From NCBI RefSeq assembly GCF_963921235.1, contig NC_086097.1, positions 113,090,001 to 113,154,000 on the forward strand: DNA of 64,000 nucleotides, given 5' to 3'. Numbering within the stretch: the first letter of the stretch is position 1; every line of letters starts with the position of its first letter. The position numbers and the translations under genes are program-made. Below are positions 1 to 12,426 of the stretch, one piece after another. Under the pieces are notes generated by a model. It was not told the DNA's origin. It made no database searches and worked only from the letters and a program-made list of their open reading frames with translations. This DNA is from Mobula hypostoma (lineage: Eukaryota).

Positions 1-476
1 CTTTGCTGCTGTAGCCCATCCACTTCAAGGTTTGACATGTTGTGCATTCAGAGATGCTCATCTGCACACCACTGTTGTAACACATGGTTATTTGAATTAC
101 TGTCACCTTCCTGTCAGCTTGAACCAGACTGGCCATTCTCCTCTGATCTCTCTCATTAACAATGTGTCTCTGCCCACAGAATATTTTTTTGCTTATCACA
201 CCATTCTCTGTAAACTGTGGAGACCAAAAATTTCAGGAGATCAGCAGTTCCTGAGCTACTCAAACCACCTCATCTGGTACCAATAATCATTTCACAATCA
301 ACGTCATTGGGATCACATTTCTTCCCTATTCCGATGTTTGGTCTGAACAACAACTGAATCTCTTGACCATGTCTGCATGTTTTTATACATTGATTTGCTG
401 TTGCACGATTGGCTGATTAGATATTTGCAATAATGAGCAGGTATAGTGGTGTACCTAATAAAGTGGCTTCTGAGAG
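1..476 (-). mobile_element. Tc1/mariner-like DNA transposon remnant (runs off window start)
   Basis: Ends in TIR-like gtacctaataaagtggcttctgagag followed by TA (477-478). Body is the reverse complement of the Tc1 transposase N-terminal region seen at 55137-55391. Confidence 0.85.
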
Positions 477-1027
477 TATTCCCTCATATTCCCCTTTATA
501 GTCTGCATCAAATCTTATTTGGCAAAGAATCCATAAAGAACCTTTAGATATTTTGCAGAATATAAAGAAATGTTCTTTTTATCAATTTCAATTGCATCAT
601 ATTTTGGAAAAAAAATATACAATGAGAATCAAAAATTATACATTTCCGTAGAATGTCTATGTTGCAATTGTGCAATGCATTATATTTGTTAATGAAATTA
701 CTCAGTAGGATTGTCTGAACTGAAAGATGAAAAGAATGAAAAATCTCCTTACTCGCATTGTAGAAGCATAGCAACATCATTGTAAAGCAATAGATGGGTA
801 TGTGAAAGCACTTCAAAGTTTCCATTAATGTCTCAATTGGTATAATGAACTGAACTACAAGGTCTCCTTTATTAACCAGTCTTAAAACTGATCTCAAAGT
901 TCACTGCTGTTAACTTGGTGTCACATTTAAGTTATTGTAATACTCCACAGAAATGGGGCTTTTGCCATCCAAGGTTCCCATCTAAGCTCATCCTATTTGT
1001 CTGTATTTGGCTCATATCCCCCTAAAC

Positions 1028-1106
1028 CAAGGGTTCCCAACCTTTTTTATGCCATGGACCAATACCATTAAGTAAGGGGCCGGTGGACCCCAATTGGGAA
1101 CCTCTG
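1028..1106. mobile_element. 79-bp hAT (Charlie-like) MITE
   Basis: TIRs caagggttcccaa / ttgggaacctctg; 8-bp TSD ccctaaac (1020-1027) / ccctaaat (1107-1114). A partial second copy lies at 1458-1486. Confidence 0.85.
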
Positions 1107-1134
1107 CCCTAAATCTTTCCTGTCTATGTACATA

Positions 1135-1428
1135 TTTTATTTTTATTTTATTGAGATTCAGCGTGGAAAAAGCCCTTCCAGGCCTTTTCAGTCGCACTGC
1201 CCAGCAATCCCCCAATTTAATCCTAGCCTAATCACTGGACAATTTACAATGATCAATTAGCTTACCAATCGGCATATCCGTGGACTGCGAGAGGAAACTG
1301 GAGCTAATGGAGGAAATCCATGCGGTCATGGGGAGAACATACAAACTCCTTGCAGGCGGTGATGGGAATTGAACCCAAGTCACCTGTACTGTAAAGCGCT
1401 GTGTTAACCACTGTGCTATCGTGCCACC
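1135..1428 (-). mobile_element. tRNA-derived SINE with V-SINE-like core
   Basis: On the minus strand: tRNA-like head with B-box ggttcaattccc, core gagtttgtatgttctccccatgacc...tttcctc, tail ctcaataaataaa. Confidence 0.8.
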
Positions 1429-1649
1429 TACTTACCTCACTGCCCAAGCTTTTAGATCAGGGGTTGCCAACCTTTTTTATGCCATGTCCAAGGATCTTTT
1501 AAATATTGTTAACGTACTTGCCTCAACTATTTCCTCTGGCAGCTCATGTTGACCATTCTCTAGGTGAAAAAATTGTCCTCAAGTTCCTAGTAAATCTCTT
1601 CCCTCTCATTTTATGATCTCTAGTTGTTGATTTCCCAACCCTCAGAATC

Positions 1650-1763
1650 TACTACTACTACTACTACTACGTCAACTCAGGCCTAGGGGGCCGGCGTCGG
1701 GCACAATGACGGACTCTCCACTTCTCCCTCTCCCTCATCAGTGTGTTCAGTTCATCTACATTA
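1650..1763 (-). mobile_element. RTE-like LINE 3' end with (TAG)n tail
   Basis: Minus translation VDELNTLMREREKWRVRHCARRRPPRPELT*, then a (TAG)7 tail. TSD cctcagaatc (1640-1649) / cctcggaatc (1764-1773). Confidence 0.75.
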
Positions 1764-2324
1764 CCTCGGAATCAGACTGTGTGTATTTACCCTATCCACA
1801 TCCCTAATGATTTTATACACTTCTAAGATCAACCCTTATTCACCTGTGGTCCAATGAAAAAAGTCCCAAGTTGTTCAACCACCCTTCATAACTCTTGAGT
1901 TCCTGCAAACATCCTCATAAGTCTCCTCGGCACTCTTTCCTAGTACAGTGGCATCATTTCTATAGTACGGTGACCAATACTGAACACAATATTCCAAATG
2001 CAGCCTCACCAACAGCTTGTACAAATGCATGATAACATTCCAGCATCTATAGAATGCCTTGAATGATGAAGGCCAGCATGCCAAAAATGCCTTCTTTACC
2101 TTTTTAGCTAGTCATGAAATTATGTGAAGGTGCCAGGAAACAACCTGATTGTTTTGTTGCCAATTGGTGAAATGTTATGCTTTAATACAATTTATCTGAC
2201 CTTCTCAAGTTACATTTTGAATTCTGTTTCAAGGCTCTTTGACGCCAATTTCTAAAGACTAAGAAATTCAGCTTTAGTTATTTGTCATATCTGAAAATTA
2301 AAGTCAAATTAATGATCAAAACAG

Positions 2325-2975
2325 GTATATGTTAGCATATATCATCATAGGATTCATTTTCTTGCAGGCATTTACAGGAAAATAAAGAAATAGAGTAGAA
2401 ATTATGTAAAAAACTATACATAAACAAAGACTGACAATCAACCAATGTGCAAAAGGAGACAAATTTTGCAAATAAAATCTATGCTGAACACACAAGTTAG
2501 AAGTCCTTTAAAGTGTTGTGTTAAGTTATGGTGAGTGCAGTTATCTGTGCTGCTTCAGGAGTCTAATGGTTGAAGAGTAATAACTGTTCCTGAACCTGGT
2601 GGTGTGGGTCCTAAGGCCCCTGTGTCTCCTGCCTGATGGTAGTAGCAAGGAGAGAGCATGTCCTTGATGATCAAAGCAGCGTTCTAGTGGCAGCACTCCT
2701 TGTAGATATGCTTAATTGAGGGGAAGCCTTTTCCCATGATGTACTGGGCTGTTTCCACTACAGTTTGTAGGATGTTTCCATTCTTGGTCATTGGTGTTTC
2801 CATACCAGGCCATGATAGAACCAGTCAGGATAACTCTCCACTGTCCATCTATAAAAGTTTGCCAAAGTTTTAAATGAGATGCCAAATCTGCACAAACTTT
2901 CTAAGAAAGTAGAAGCGATGCTGTGCCTTCTTTATAATGGCACTTATGTGCTGGTCCCAGGACAGATACAAGGTC
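2325..2975 (-). mobile_element. Rex1/Babar LINE 3' fragment
   Basis: Decayed C-terminal motif similar to LLPSGRRY...HTTRFRNSY, plus the 3' UTR shared with copies at 13640, 60830 and 62960. Confidence 0.75.
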
Positions 2976-3483
2976 ATAATGCCAACAACTTGCTATTGAA
3001 GGCCAGTGCCTTGCTTTTTCATACTTGCCTTTGCTAGAAGCAGTAGTGCAACCCCAAAATTTGCAAATGAATTTTGATTTATCCTTGGAAGCAAATTTCT
3101 TCATGCAATGTTGTTACTTCAAAGGATAGGTAAATGTTGAAATACAATAGAGTCACATAAAAACTCAACTGGATAAGACTACTATAATACGACAGAGCTA
3201 TCACCAATTTTATTTTCCCAGAGTTGTGCAAAGTTAACAGGGGATAGAAGACATTTTTCTATTTTCCTCTCCCTGTAGCATTAAGCATATATGGCTCCTA
3301 ATCCAAGAAACATTTTATGAAACTACAAATCCCAAAGACTTAAGGGCTGATATAGGCAATCAAATTTTCAATTTATTCTGTTTGGTAAAGCAATATACTA
3401 ATTTAAAAAAAGTGTATTGCATAGAAATGGGATCTATTGCCATGCTTTCTTGTGAGCAAAAATCCAGAGAGAAAAGATCATAT

Positions 3484-5303
3484 TGTGGCGAGCATTCAGT
3501 CCATGATGACAGACAAGAAGAGCATGTTTATTTCAATTACTGTTTTCATTGTGACAAGCACAACAACAGAGTGCCATCGCTCAGTGAGAACCCCCTCAGT
3601 CACATACAGATGAGGGAGCTATCCCTGGCAACCCCAGAGTCCACCACAAAGTCTAACATTCCCAGTGGTGGTCGACACTATCATCTGTGGGGGGGAGGCC
3701 ATGTTTGGTGAGGCAAGAGGTAGGACACCCGGTGTGTCACTTCCTTCCATCAGCCTCATTGGGTTGGTGGTGGCCAAGGGCCAATACGGTGCCAGCCGAT
3801 CCCAGTGCAGCACGACTGCCTTCTACTGTTCAGGCAACTGCACCCGATATACCACATCGGAGATGCAGTCGAGCGCCTCTCCCGGCCCTTTCCTGTGGGT
3901 TCCCAGCTTAGGGGATAGTCCAGGCATCATAACCGCATTTTTGGTGCCCACTGTCTGTGCTTTGGTCCTGCCAAGCCACATCATGAACAGCCCGCAGGCA
4001 CCTCCTGAGGTGCCTCAGAAACTCCAGTCTGGCCTCCCGAGGAATCTCTGGTTCAGGACGTGGGACCAAACACCAGATCCACCAGCGTGCGCAGCTCCCG
4101 CCCGAATATGAGCACAGTCAGCGTACACCCGGTGCTCTCCTGAACTGCTGTCTGCTTTGCCCACAATACTAGGGGTAGGTGACGATCCCAGCCGTACTGG
4201 TGCCAGTTAACAAGGGTGGCCGGCTGCGTAGCCAGGGTACTAGAGCACTCCACCAGCCCATCACTTTGTGGGTGAAGGGGGATGGTCCAACTTTTGGTGA
4301 TTCCCAGCCACCTGCAGACCTCACCATACCCCTGCACCTCAAAGTTCCACCCCCAGTCACTGTGAAGTTCCTCAGGGATGCCTAAACGGCAGAAGAACTC
4401 CTTCACAAGTTCCTCAGCACTGGTGGTGCTGCTGTGGTCCGGGACTGCGTATACCTCTGGCCACTTTGTGAAGTAATCCAGGCCATGAGAACATGTGGTT
4501 CCTGGCGTCAGTGCAGGGGAAGGATCCCTAGATGTCCACCCTTATCTGCTCCATTGGGGCTGCTACCAGGTACTGTTGCATTGGCGACCTAAACTAGCTG
4601 TCAGGGTAAGGGGCTTCACCCCGTGTGCCATACGGCAAGTTTGACTTGCGCCAGGTAAGGCTCCAGGCGGCTGGTACCGTCGTATCTGAGGAGCTTCAGG
4701 GTGGACCTTGTGGCCTTATTTGCTGGGGCTCGTTGGTCCATCTCTTTCTCCGGCGGCATTAGTGGTGCCTGCCGCATTGCCCTTCCTCCCTTGGCTAAGG
4801 TGTCTTGGCTTCCCTGGTGTGGACTACAAGGGAGGCAGGTGATGTGCACCCAGGGGGGCCTGGATACACTTGCCCCAGCGGGATTCCCTGGGAAGGCACA
4901 ATACTTAGTTCCCTGATTCTCACTCCAGGCCAGAGTATACCCCGGGTTTTAAGGCTCTCCTTCCAACGTTGTGGCTCTTCAATCTCATCATCAATTTCTA
5001 ATACCACTTCTGACACCAATGTGACGTGCATTCAGTCCATAATGACAAACGAGAAGAGCGCATTTATCTCGACTGCTATTTTTATTGTGACAAGCACAAT
5101 AGCAGACAGAGTGCCGTCGTTCAGTGAGAACTGCTCAGTCACGTAGAGACGGGGGAGTGATTATCAGTCAGGGGACTCACAAACACACATGCGAATAATT
5201 GTAGACCCAAGCTAAAATGTAACAACTCACCAGCTGTGCTGTTAGTGGGTTATTTCCCCCATCACCCCCCACCAGAGTTCCACGATATAGTCAGTCATTT
5301 ACA
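3484..5303 (-). mobile_element. Internally deleted Gypsy LTR retrotransposon (gag fragment + integrase, two diverged LTRs)
   Basis: Direct repeats begin tgtggcg (3484) and tgtgacg (5020). Integrase core in ORF 4053-4406 (GIPEELHSD...PLHPQSDGLVE...WDRHLPLVLWA). Gag-like KLLRYDGTSRLEPYLAQV in ORF 4616-4849. PBS at 5001-5018. Confidence 0.85.
5001..5018 (-). promoter_or_regulatory. Primer binding site, tRNA-Leu(CAA)-like
   Basis: Minus strand tggtgtcagaagtggtat immediately after the 5' LTR; complementary (one mismatch) to the 3' end of vertebrate tRNA-Leu(CAA) as I recall it. Confidence 0.7.
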
Positions 5304-6730
5304 GATGAAAGTAACAAAATAGGGATTCATAACAGCACATCTAAGTTTTACATAGAATCAGATGTGTACGAAATTACATATTTAAGAATTTGGGATGACA
5401 CATCTCACCTGCTATTACATTGCATAACTCTAAAACATAAAACTAATTGAAAGAAAAACACAGGAACGGGAAATAACTCATGTTCATTTAGTTTTACTTT
5501 CACGAGGTACGCACATATGACACGGTGACGTAATGATGTATGCCATTCACGTGCTTCTTACATATAACCATAATGAATTATGTGAACAAATGAAAAATGC
5601 TTAATCAAACAATATAGGTTCAATATTACTCATATATTACTGAAATATTAAATATATTACACTCCTCCTTGCTTAGCTATAAACACCATTTCAATATAGT
5701 AACATATTGCTCTCTAGTCATATACATACAGTATACAATCCAATACAACTACAATATAGACATACACAGCATAATAAATTTTAAATTGTCCTTTTCAGGC
5801 CTAAAGATCTAATCGCTGTGGAGGATTTCTGACTCCTGTGGGATAATGTCTTTCCTGACAAGGGGAGACACTCTGGCCAGCAGGTGAGACTTGTGCCCGT
5901 GAAACAATCTCAGTTTCTGGGTCCTCCTCCATGGAGGTTGTCGAAGTTGACTCTGGGACTGCAAGAAGTGGTTCTGACAGCTCTGGACTCCTATCTTCTA
6001 TAACAATTAACCCTGCTCTCCTCAACTGATCGAAGTGTCACCTCCAGATGACATCAGACATAATGACATATCCACTGTGTACCAGTGGTCCAGTTCTTCC
6101 CTTAATCTTTCCAAGTCCCCACTTTTGATCACCTCTAGTACCTCGGCATGACTGCTTGTCCAGGAGTGAAACATCAAACTTCCTTGTAAAGGAGCCCTCA
6201 GTCTGTATCAGCTGTTTGTCCTGCATAATCCTTCTGAGATAGGGTCACATCCAAGCGTGAATGTAAGGGGCAACCCACTAACAGCACAGCTGGTGAGTTA
6301 GTTGTTTTTTGGAATGTGCTGCATTGTGTATGCAAGAAGGCAATTGGTGAGCTTCTGATTCAGGGTCAGTGAAATGTGTTGTGCTGACATTACTCGCAGT
6401 GCATTCTTTAGACTCTGACAAGCCATTTGTAGCTGGGTGGTATGGTGCAGTTGTAATATGTCTTATTCCATTCATTTTCAGGAATGACTGAAACTGTTCC
6501 AGCACAAGCTGTGTTCTGGAATATCAGTCCTTGAGAAGAGGCTTCTCAACACATCAACAGTGTGTGAGGCTGTAGTGGAGGCAATTGGGAACATCTCGGA
6601 CCAGTTTGTATCTATATCCATTATTACCCACTACTATTACTATTTTGTCCATAAATAGTTGGGCAAGATCCACATGAACCCTCCACCAGGGTGATGCTGG
6701 GGTGGAGAGGCATTGCTCTTAGCATCTTCT

Positions 6731-7982
6731 TGTCACGGTCCACATCGGGGTCCCTTTAAATTTACCTTGTTTATGTTACGATCCGGACCATTGATTCCCT
6801 GTTTTCCCGTCCCTGGACTTTGGTGATTAGAGGCAATTAACACTTGGATGAACCGCTAGTTTATAGTCTCCGGCTTTCAGCCGTTCGGCACAGGACCATC
6901 TACAAAGTCACCAAAGGTACGGCGTGCCAATGTCATCTGGCCGGAGCAAGCCTAGTCCCTGCCGAAGTGAGTGCCGGTATTTCGCCCTTCCTCACCGGAA
7001 CAACCCAGTCCAGTTACCTCGCCGAAGCGAGCCTGCAAAGCTTCCTCATCAAGGTGGGTCCATCAGTTAACCCGCCAGAGGGAATCAAGAACTGCTGTCT
7101 ACTGTTCCCGGGTCGAGTCGAGAGCTCGCCACTACCCGGAGGTTCCAAGTACCACGTCCTGGCTCCGGCAGCATTCAAGCACCAAGTCAAGTCCTGGTCC
7201 TGGCGGTTTGTGATTCCTGTCCTACCCCCTCGTCTGAATCCCTTCTCTGCCGCTCTTGCCTCTAGCCCTTGTCTACAGCCCCCGCCTGCACTTCGGTCGA
7301 GTTCTATTGCCAGAGCTAGATAGGTACTGTCTGGTGTTCTTTCGTGTTGGTCTTGTCTTGTCTTGTCCTCACCTTCGTGGGGCAAGTCAGGCCGTCTTGC
7401 CATTGCCCCGCGGGGGGCCATGAGTCCCGGCCCTATGTCCTGTACGCAAGGAGGGGTCCCGGCTCTCTGTTCTGTGTGTAAGTCCCGGCCCTATGTCCTG
7501 TACCCAAGGAGGGGTCCCGGCTCTCTGTTCTGTGTGTGAGTCCCGGCCCTATGTCCTGTACCCAAGGAGGGGTCTCGACTCTGTGTTCTGTGTATGTGTC
7601 CATGGTTCCATGTACCTGCTCTCCCGAGACCGAGGCTCTGTGTTCCCATGTTCCTCCTCTCCCTAGCCCATGTCATGTCCATGCCTGGTTCTGGGGTCCG
7701 AGCCCGAGGCAAGACCCAGGTACTGGGTCCTTGCCCAGTCTTGGGCTCGGAGTCCATACCCTAGCCTCTTCATGTCTCCTCTAGTTCTGGGAGCTGATTC
7801 CGAGTCCAAGCCCAGACCCTTAGTCCCAGCCTAGTCGTAGTCCTCAGTCCTCGTCCAGTTCACTGCTCCTGCTCCTGCCTAGCTCTCCTGATATCAAACA
7901 ATAAACTAAACCTAATTAATCTCGCAAGATGTGTCTTGCATTTGGGTCCACCCTTGTTCCCTATGCCCCCGCCACTGTGACA
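6731..7982 (+). mobile_element. Solo LTR (~1.25 kb) with internal 58-bp minisatellite, inserted in Gypsy integrase
   Basis: tgtcac...gtgaca termini; aataaa near 7900; shares sequence blocks with the LTRs at 11256 and 18225. TSD is unclear. Confidence 0.75.
7423..7596. repeat. 58-bp tandem repeat, 3 copies
   Basis: agtcccggccctatgtcctgtac recurs at 7423, 7481 and 7539. Confidence 0.95.
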
Positions 7983-9057
7983 CTATTGCATTGGTTGACA
8001 TCCTGAATGTGCGTGGCAAGCTGTTTGATCTGTTGACCTATTCCAAGACACCAGACAAAGCTTTGAGCCAATGCTTTCATTTTGACCACACCTAGATGAC
8101 CAGCCTGTAGCTCCTCCAACACCTTAGCTCTCAGTTTTGATGATACAACAACCCTCAATTTCCACATAATGCAAACCCTATCAATGGCAAATTCATTCTG
8201 GTGTTGGTAAAAATGGGGGAACTGGAATTTCTGCTGCACATTCCAACCATTTTTTTTTGGTTTAACTTTGGATCATATCTGCCATAATAGGGAAGCTTTC
8301 AATTTGTGTTGGAGAGAATACGTCAAGAGAAGTATCCTCTTTTGTAAATTTTTCCAGTAATTTGTTTTCCATGGGTAAATGGGACATCAGCATTTCCATG
8401 ATTAGTTGTCATCTTGAATTTGATTTTGTAATTGTGTCCTTCAAGAAACAGAACTCATCTCTACATTCATACCACTGCTGTTACTGGAACACACTTCTAT
8501 GGATTGAAAATGGACACTAGTGGTTGATGATCAGTAACAAGGGTAAACTCTCTCTCATACAAGTACTGGTTGAACCATTTTACAGCCCAAAGCAGACTCA
8601 AGGCCTTTCTGTCAATCTCGGCAGCGATAAGGAAACGTGAAGCAAAGGCTATGGGGCATTCACTTGCATCTCTCATAACATGTGACAAGGTCAGAGCAGT
8701 CAAACTTCTAAGCAAACTGTGTGTTTTCCCACCTATTACCCTCAGTAAAACTGTCACTCATTTCGCTTTGGCTCTTTAATTTGCTTCAAAATACTGCTCA
8801 ATTTGCTCAGTATACAATATCCAGTTATCTGTTGTGCAATCTATCTTTCCAATGTAGCCAGCCATTTCTGCTTTATTTTTCTTTATGATGGGTATCAACC
8901 AGTACTCACTGTGAATTTCATCTGCTTTCTGCTTTTTTCTTACTTAACCATCTCTTTTTCCCCTTTTGAAGAAACTCGTGCTGTGCTTTTTAAAAAAATC
9001 TCTCTCCACTTGTGAAGAAAAATGTGCTGCACTTCAACAGCTAGATAGTCATTCCTG

Positions 9058-9155
9058 TATATAACCATATTACCATATAACAATTACAGCACGGAAACAG
9101 GCCATCTCAGCCCTTCTAGTCCGTGCCAAACTCTTACTTTCACCTAGTCCCACTG
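9058..9155 (-). mobile_element. Very short CR1 3' end
   Basis: Reverse complement of ggcctgtttccgtgctgtaattgtta with a short tatggtta-type tail. Confidence 0.65.
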
Positions 9156-9323
9156 TTTTAAAACTTCATCATTGCCACTGTTATGTTTTGTAACTCCAAA
9201 AAATAAAACTAATTGAAAGAAAAACACAGGAGCCAGGGATAACTCATGCACATTTACTTTTACTTTAGTAAGGCACACACATATGATGTGGTGGCATAAT
9301 GACGTATGCCATTCAGATACTTA

Positions 9324-9779
9324 GAACATAGAACATAGAAATCTACAGCACATCGAAGACCGATCAGCCCAAAATGTTTTGCCAACCATGTAACCTACTC
9401 TAGAAACTGCCTACAATTACACCACCGCATAGCCCTCTATTTTTCTAAGCTCCATGTACCTATCTAAGAGTCTCCTAAAAGACCCGATTGTATCTGCCTT
9501 TACCACCTTCGCTGGCAGTGCATTCCACACACCCACCACTCTCTGTGTGAAAAACTTACCTCTGACATCCACCTCTGTACCTACTTCCAAGCACCTTAAA
9601 ACTATGCCCCCTCATGTTAGCCATTTCAGCCCTGGGAAAAAGCCTCTGACTATCCACACAATCAATGCCTCTCATCATCTTATACACCTCTATCAGGTCA
9701 CCTCTCATCCCCCGTCACTCCGAGGAGAAAAGGCCAAGTTCACTCAAACTATCCCCATAAGGCACGCTCCCCAATCCAG
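9324..9779 (-). mobile_element. CR1 LINE 3' end inserted in the Gypsy LTR
   Basis: (TTCTATG)n tail (agaacatagaacatag on +); CR1 ORF2 C-terminal sequence; flanking atactt duplication. Confidence 0.85.
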
Positions 9780-9795
9780 TCATACTTCCTACATA

Positions 9796-10307
9796 TGAAA
9801 CCTCCCTGGTTTCCTTGGCTGCTTAAGTCTAAGGAACACACACTCTGGTCCCACCAAACCCATGGGATTGAGACGGCTCTCCCAACCCAACCCCCAGTTT
9901 GTGAGGATGCTGTGTAATTTGCTGCCCTGCTACAAATCAGTGCCAAGAAATAACAGACAGCGCACTGCATACAATTAAAGGAATTATATTTATGAATCTT
10001 AACTGAAGGGTTAGTAAAGAAAAGAGATAAAAACAAAAAGGACCCATTATAATTAAACTGTCAAATGTGCACAAGTTTCATCCCAAAATTCACTTTCACT
10101 GATGTTCAGACGACTTTGGCACCTGGCTGCATCGAATCATGGTCCCCCACCAGGTCGAATCCTATGATCGGTTCTCTCCAATGTCTTCTCTCCTCATCTC
10201 CCACCGAACAAGGGAGCCAGCTCACATTCCAAAGCACCTGTTATCTCTAACTATAACCCAAACACTGTTTCTACAGAAAGCAGTGAAACCTTTCCCAGGA
10301 TGTTACA
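9796..10307. mobile_element. Solo LTR (512 bp) inserted in the Gypsy LTR
   Basis: tgaaac...gttaca termini with 4-bp TSD CATA; the host LTR resumes seamlessly after it. Confidence 0.7.
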
Positions 10308-10724
10308 CATATAAGCCATAATTAATTATAGAAACAAACGCAAATGCTTAATCAAACAATATATTTACAATATTACTCAATTATTACTGAACTATTAAAT
10401 ACACTACACCTACCACCAATGAAAATTGGACTACCCATTTCTAGAGAATTGCCATATGATTGTCACAAAAGCACAAAGTGCAAGACCTGTTGAGGATCTT
10501 TAATGGGATGTGAGCCAATTGAGTCCATTCTGACTTCACTTTTCTGCTTGCTTACTGGTTGTTAATGATTAAATACTTTATGCACCTCATTGGACAATGC
10601 TATGGTCTCTCTATCACAGATCATCCTGTATCTTGCAGTAGTACAGAGCTATTCACACACAAAATCTAGTTGGGATAGATGATCAAACAGAAGCTGGCTA
10701 CCCACACACTCTATCTTACAATAG

Positions 10725-10990
10725 CGCAATCATAGAGCTGCTACCTAGCAGGGCCAAAGACCAGGATTCAGTCTTGACCTCAGGTTCTGTTCAGTGATGT
10801 TTGCATGTTTTTCCTGTGACCATGCAGGTTTACTCTGGGTGCTCAGGTTTCCTTCCACATCCTATGATGTATGGGTTGGTAGGTTAATTGGCCACTGTAA
10901 ATTGTCCTTAGGGTGTAGACGAGTGATGGAGTCCGACAGAAGTTGATGAGAATAAAACATAGGTTTAATGTAGAATTATTTAAGCAGATG
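10725..10990 (+). mobile_element. Decayed V-SINE-like element
   Basis: Core tttgcatgtttttcctgtgaccatgcaggttttactctgggtgctcaggtttccttccacat. Confidence 0.7.
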
Positions 10991-11255
10991 GATCCAGTCA
11001 AACTTTTAGGTTTGTGAATTTTAAAAGTGAAAATGAATGTACAGGAAAGAAGATGTGCTAAAGGTTATACAAGCTGTGTTGTTTTCCCAGCATTGCAGGC
11101 ATGCTATGTTGGCGCCGGGGTGTGAGGTGAAACTTATGAACGGCCCTTTTGGTGTAAGCGTTGTTAACGCAAATGACACATTTCCACGTACATGTGTTAA
11201 ACGTATCTGAATCTGAGCTATATGGTCGTCTGCCCTCAGTATCATTACTGTTTTC

Positions 11256-12426
11256 TGTCATGGTCCGGTCCGTGAAGTCCATATTCCAGTTCACGGTCTG
11301 GTCCATCGACCCTTGCTCCAGGTTTTCCTGTCTACCCTGTTTCTGTTCTTGTTGAGCTCTAATTGAGTCAGCTGATGCTCGTTGGGGCTGGCTACATAAA
11401 TACCATCAGAGACCAGGGCATGGCTGCTGGATTGTTCTTGTCCTTACTCCTTGTATCCCTTCCTCTGCCTTCTGTTTCCTCGCCTGAATCCTTGCCTTGT
11501 CTTGCTGGTACCTCTCGCCTCGCCTGAAGTTCTCGTTTCGCCTTGCATTGCCCGAAGCCTTGCCTGATCTTGCCAGTAACTCTCGCCTTGTCTCGCCTTC
11601 AGTCTTGTCCTGGAGCCACTCTGTACCTAGCTCTATTTCTGTTCTTTGCCTCCGCCGGGTAAGTCAGGCTGTCTTGCCATTACCCTGCGGCTGGTTCTGT
11701 CTCTTCCTGTCCCATGCCTCCTTCGGGTGGTGATGCGCGCCCTGCCCAGGAGGAGCCTCTAGCCTCCTGCCTCCTGCCAAGCCTCACCTCTGGTCTCTAG
11801 CCTCAAGCCTGAAGACTCCAGCCTCCTGCCTAGCCTCAAGCCTGTAGACTCCAGCCTCCTGCCTCCTGCCAAGCCTCACCTAAAGTCTCCAGCCTCTAGC
11901 CTCAAGCCTGAAGACTCTAGTCTCCTACCTCCTGCTAAGCCTCGCCTCAAATCTCCAGCCTCTAGACTCAAGCCTGAAGACTCCTGCCTCCGGCCGAGCC
12001 TCACCTCTGGTCTCTAGCCTCAAGCCTGAAGACTCCAGCCTCCTGCCTCCTGCCAAGCCTCACCTCAAGTCTCCAGCCTCCAGCCTCAAACCTGAAGACT
12101 CTTGCCTCCTGCCAAGCCTCGCCTCAAGCCTCTAGTCTCTAGCCTCAAGCCTGAAGACTCCAGCCTCGTCCTGCCTGCCAGCCAAGCCTCGTCCTTGCCT
12201 AGTTCTGGGGTCCGAGCCAGAGGCAAGACCCAGGTACTGGGTCCTTGTCCAGTCTCTGGCTCGGAGTCCAAGCTCGGGCTCCTATCCCTCTGGTCCAGTC
12301 CTGTTCCGGTTTCCTGGTTTTTGTGTCCATGTCCTTGCCCTCACCCTGTATCCTAGTCCTATCCCTAGTACTTCAGTATCTGTGTCTTGCACTTGGGTCC
12401 GTTCCCAGTCCCACCTCCTTATGACA
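11256..12426 (+). mobile_element. Solo LTR (~1.17 kb) with internal minisatellite
   Basis: tgtcat...atgaca termini; TATA-like cataaata near 11395; closely similar to 18225-19241; about 7 units containing gcctgaagactcc between ~11760 and 12170. Confidence 0.85.

Larger units (their letters stand above)
945..2100 (-). mobile_element. CR1-type LINE 3' fragment, interrupted by a MITE, a SINE and an RTE tail
   Basis: Minus ORF 1875-2084 contains LYKLLVRLHLEYCVQYWSPYY, typical of the CR1 ORF2 C-terminus. CR1-like 3' UTR near 950-1020. Confidence 0.8.
5413..10408 (-). mobile_element. Decayed Gypsy LTR retrotransposon (second family) with nested insertions
   Basis: LTRs 5413-5661 and 9179-10408 (the latter interrupted). 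PPT ctcctcctt at 5662-5670. Degenerate PBS next to 9179. TSD cctgc/cctac. Integrase (GIRHITTAPYHPATNGL; HLGVVKMKALAQSFVW) and RNase H (PIAFASR...FTLVTDHQPL) fragments. Confidence 0.85.

Noticed and set aside
544..897. 117-aa ORF with a donor-like site near 750
   Set aside because: AT-rich, no recognisable protein similarity, and no supportable partner exons.
6844..7421. Overlapping 135-159 aa ORFs inside the solo LTR as accessory genes
   Set aside because: GC-rich sequence gives open frames on both strands; no domain similarity, and not conserved in the related LTRs.
7423..7596. Regular direct repeats superficially like a CRISPR array (also 11756-12180)
   Set aside because: Units are contiguous with no unique spacers, there are no cas genes, and they lie inside eukaryotic LTRs: minisatellites.
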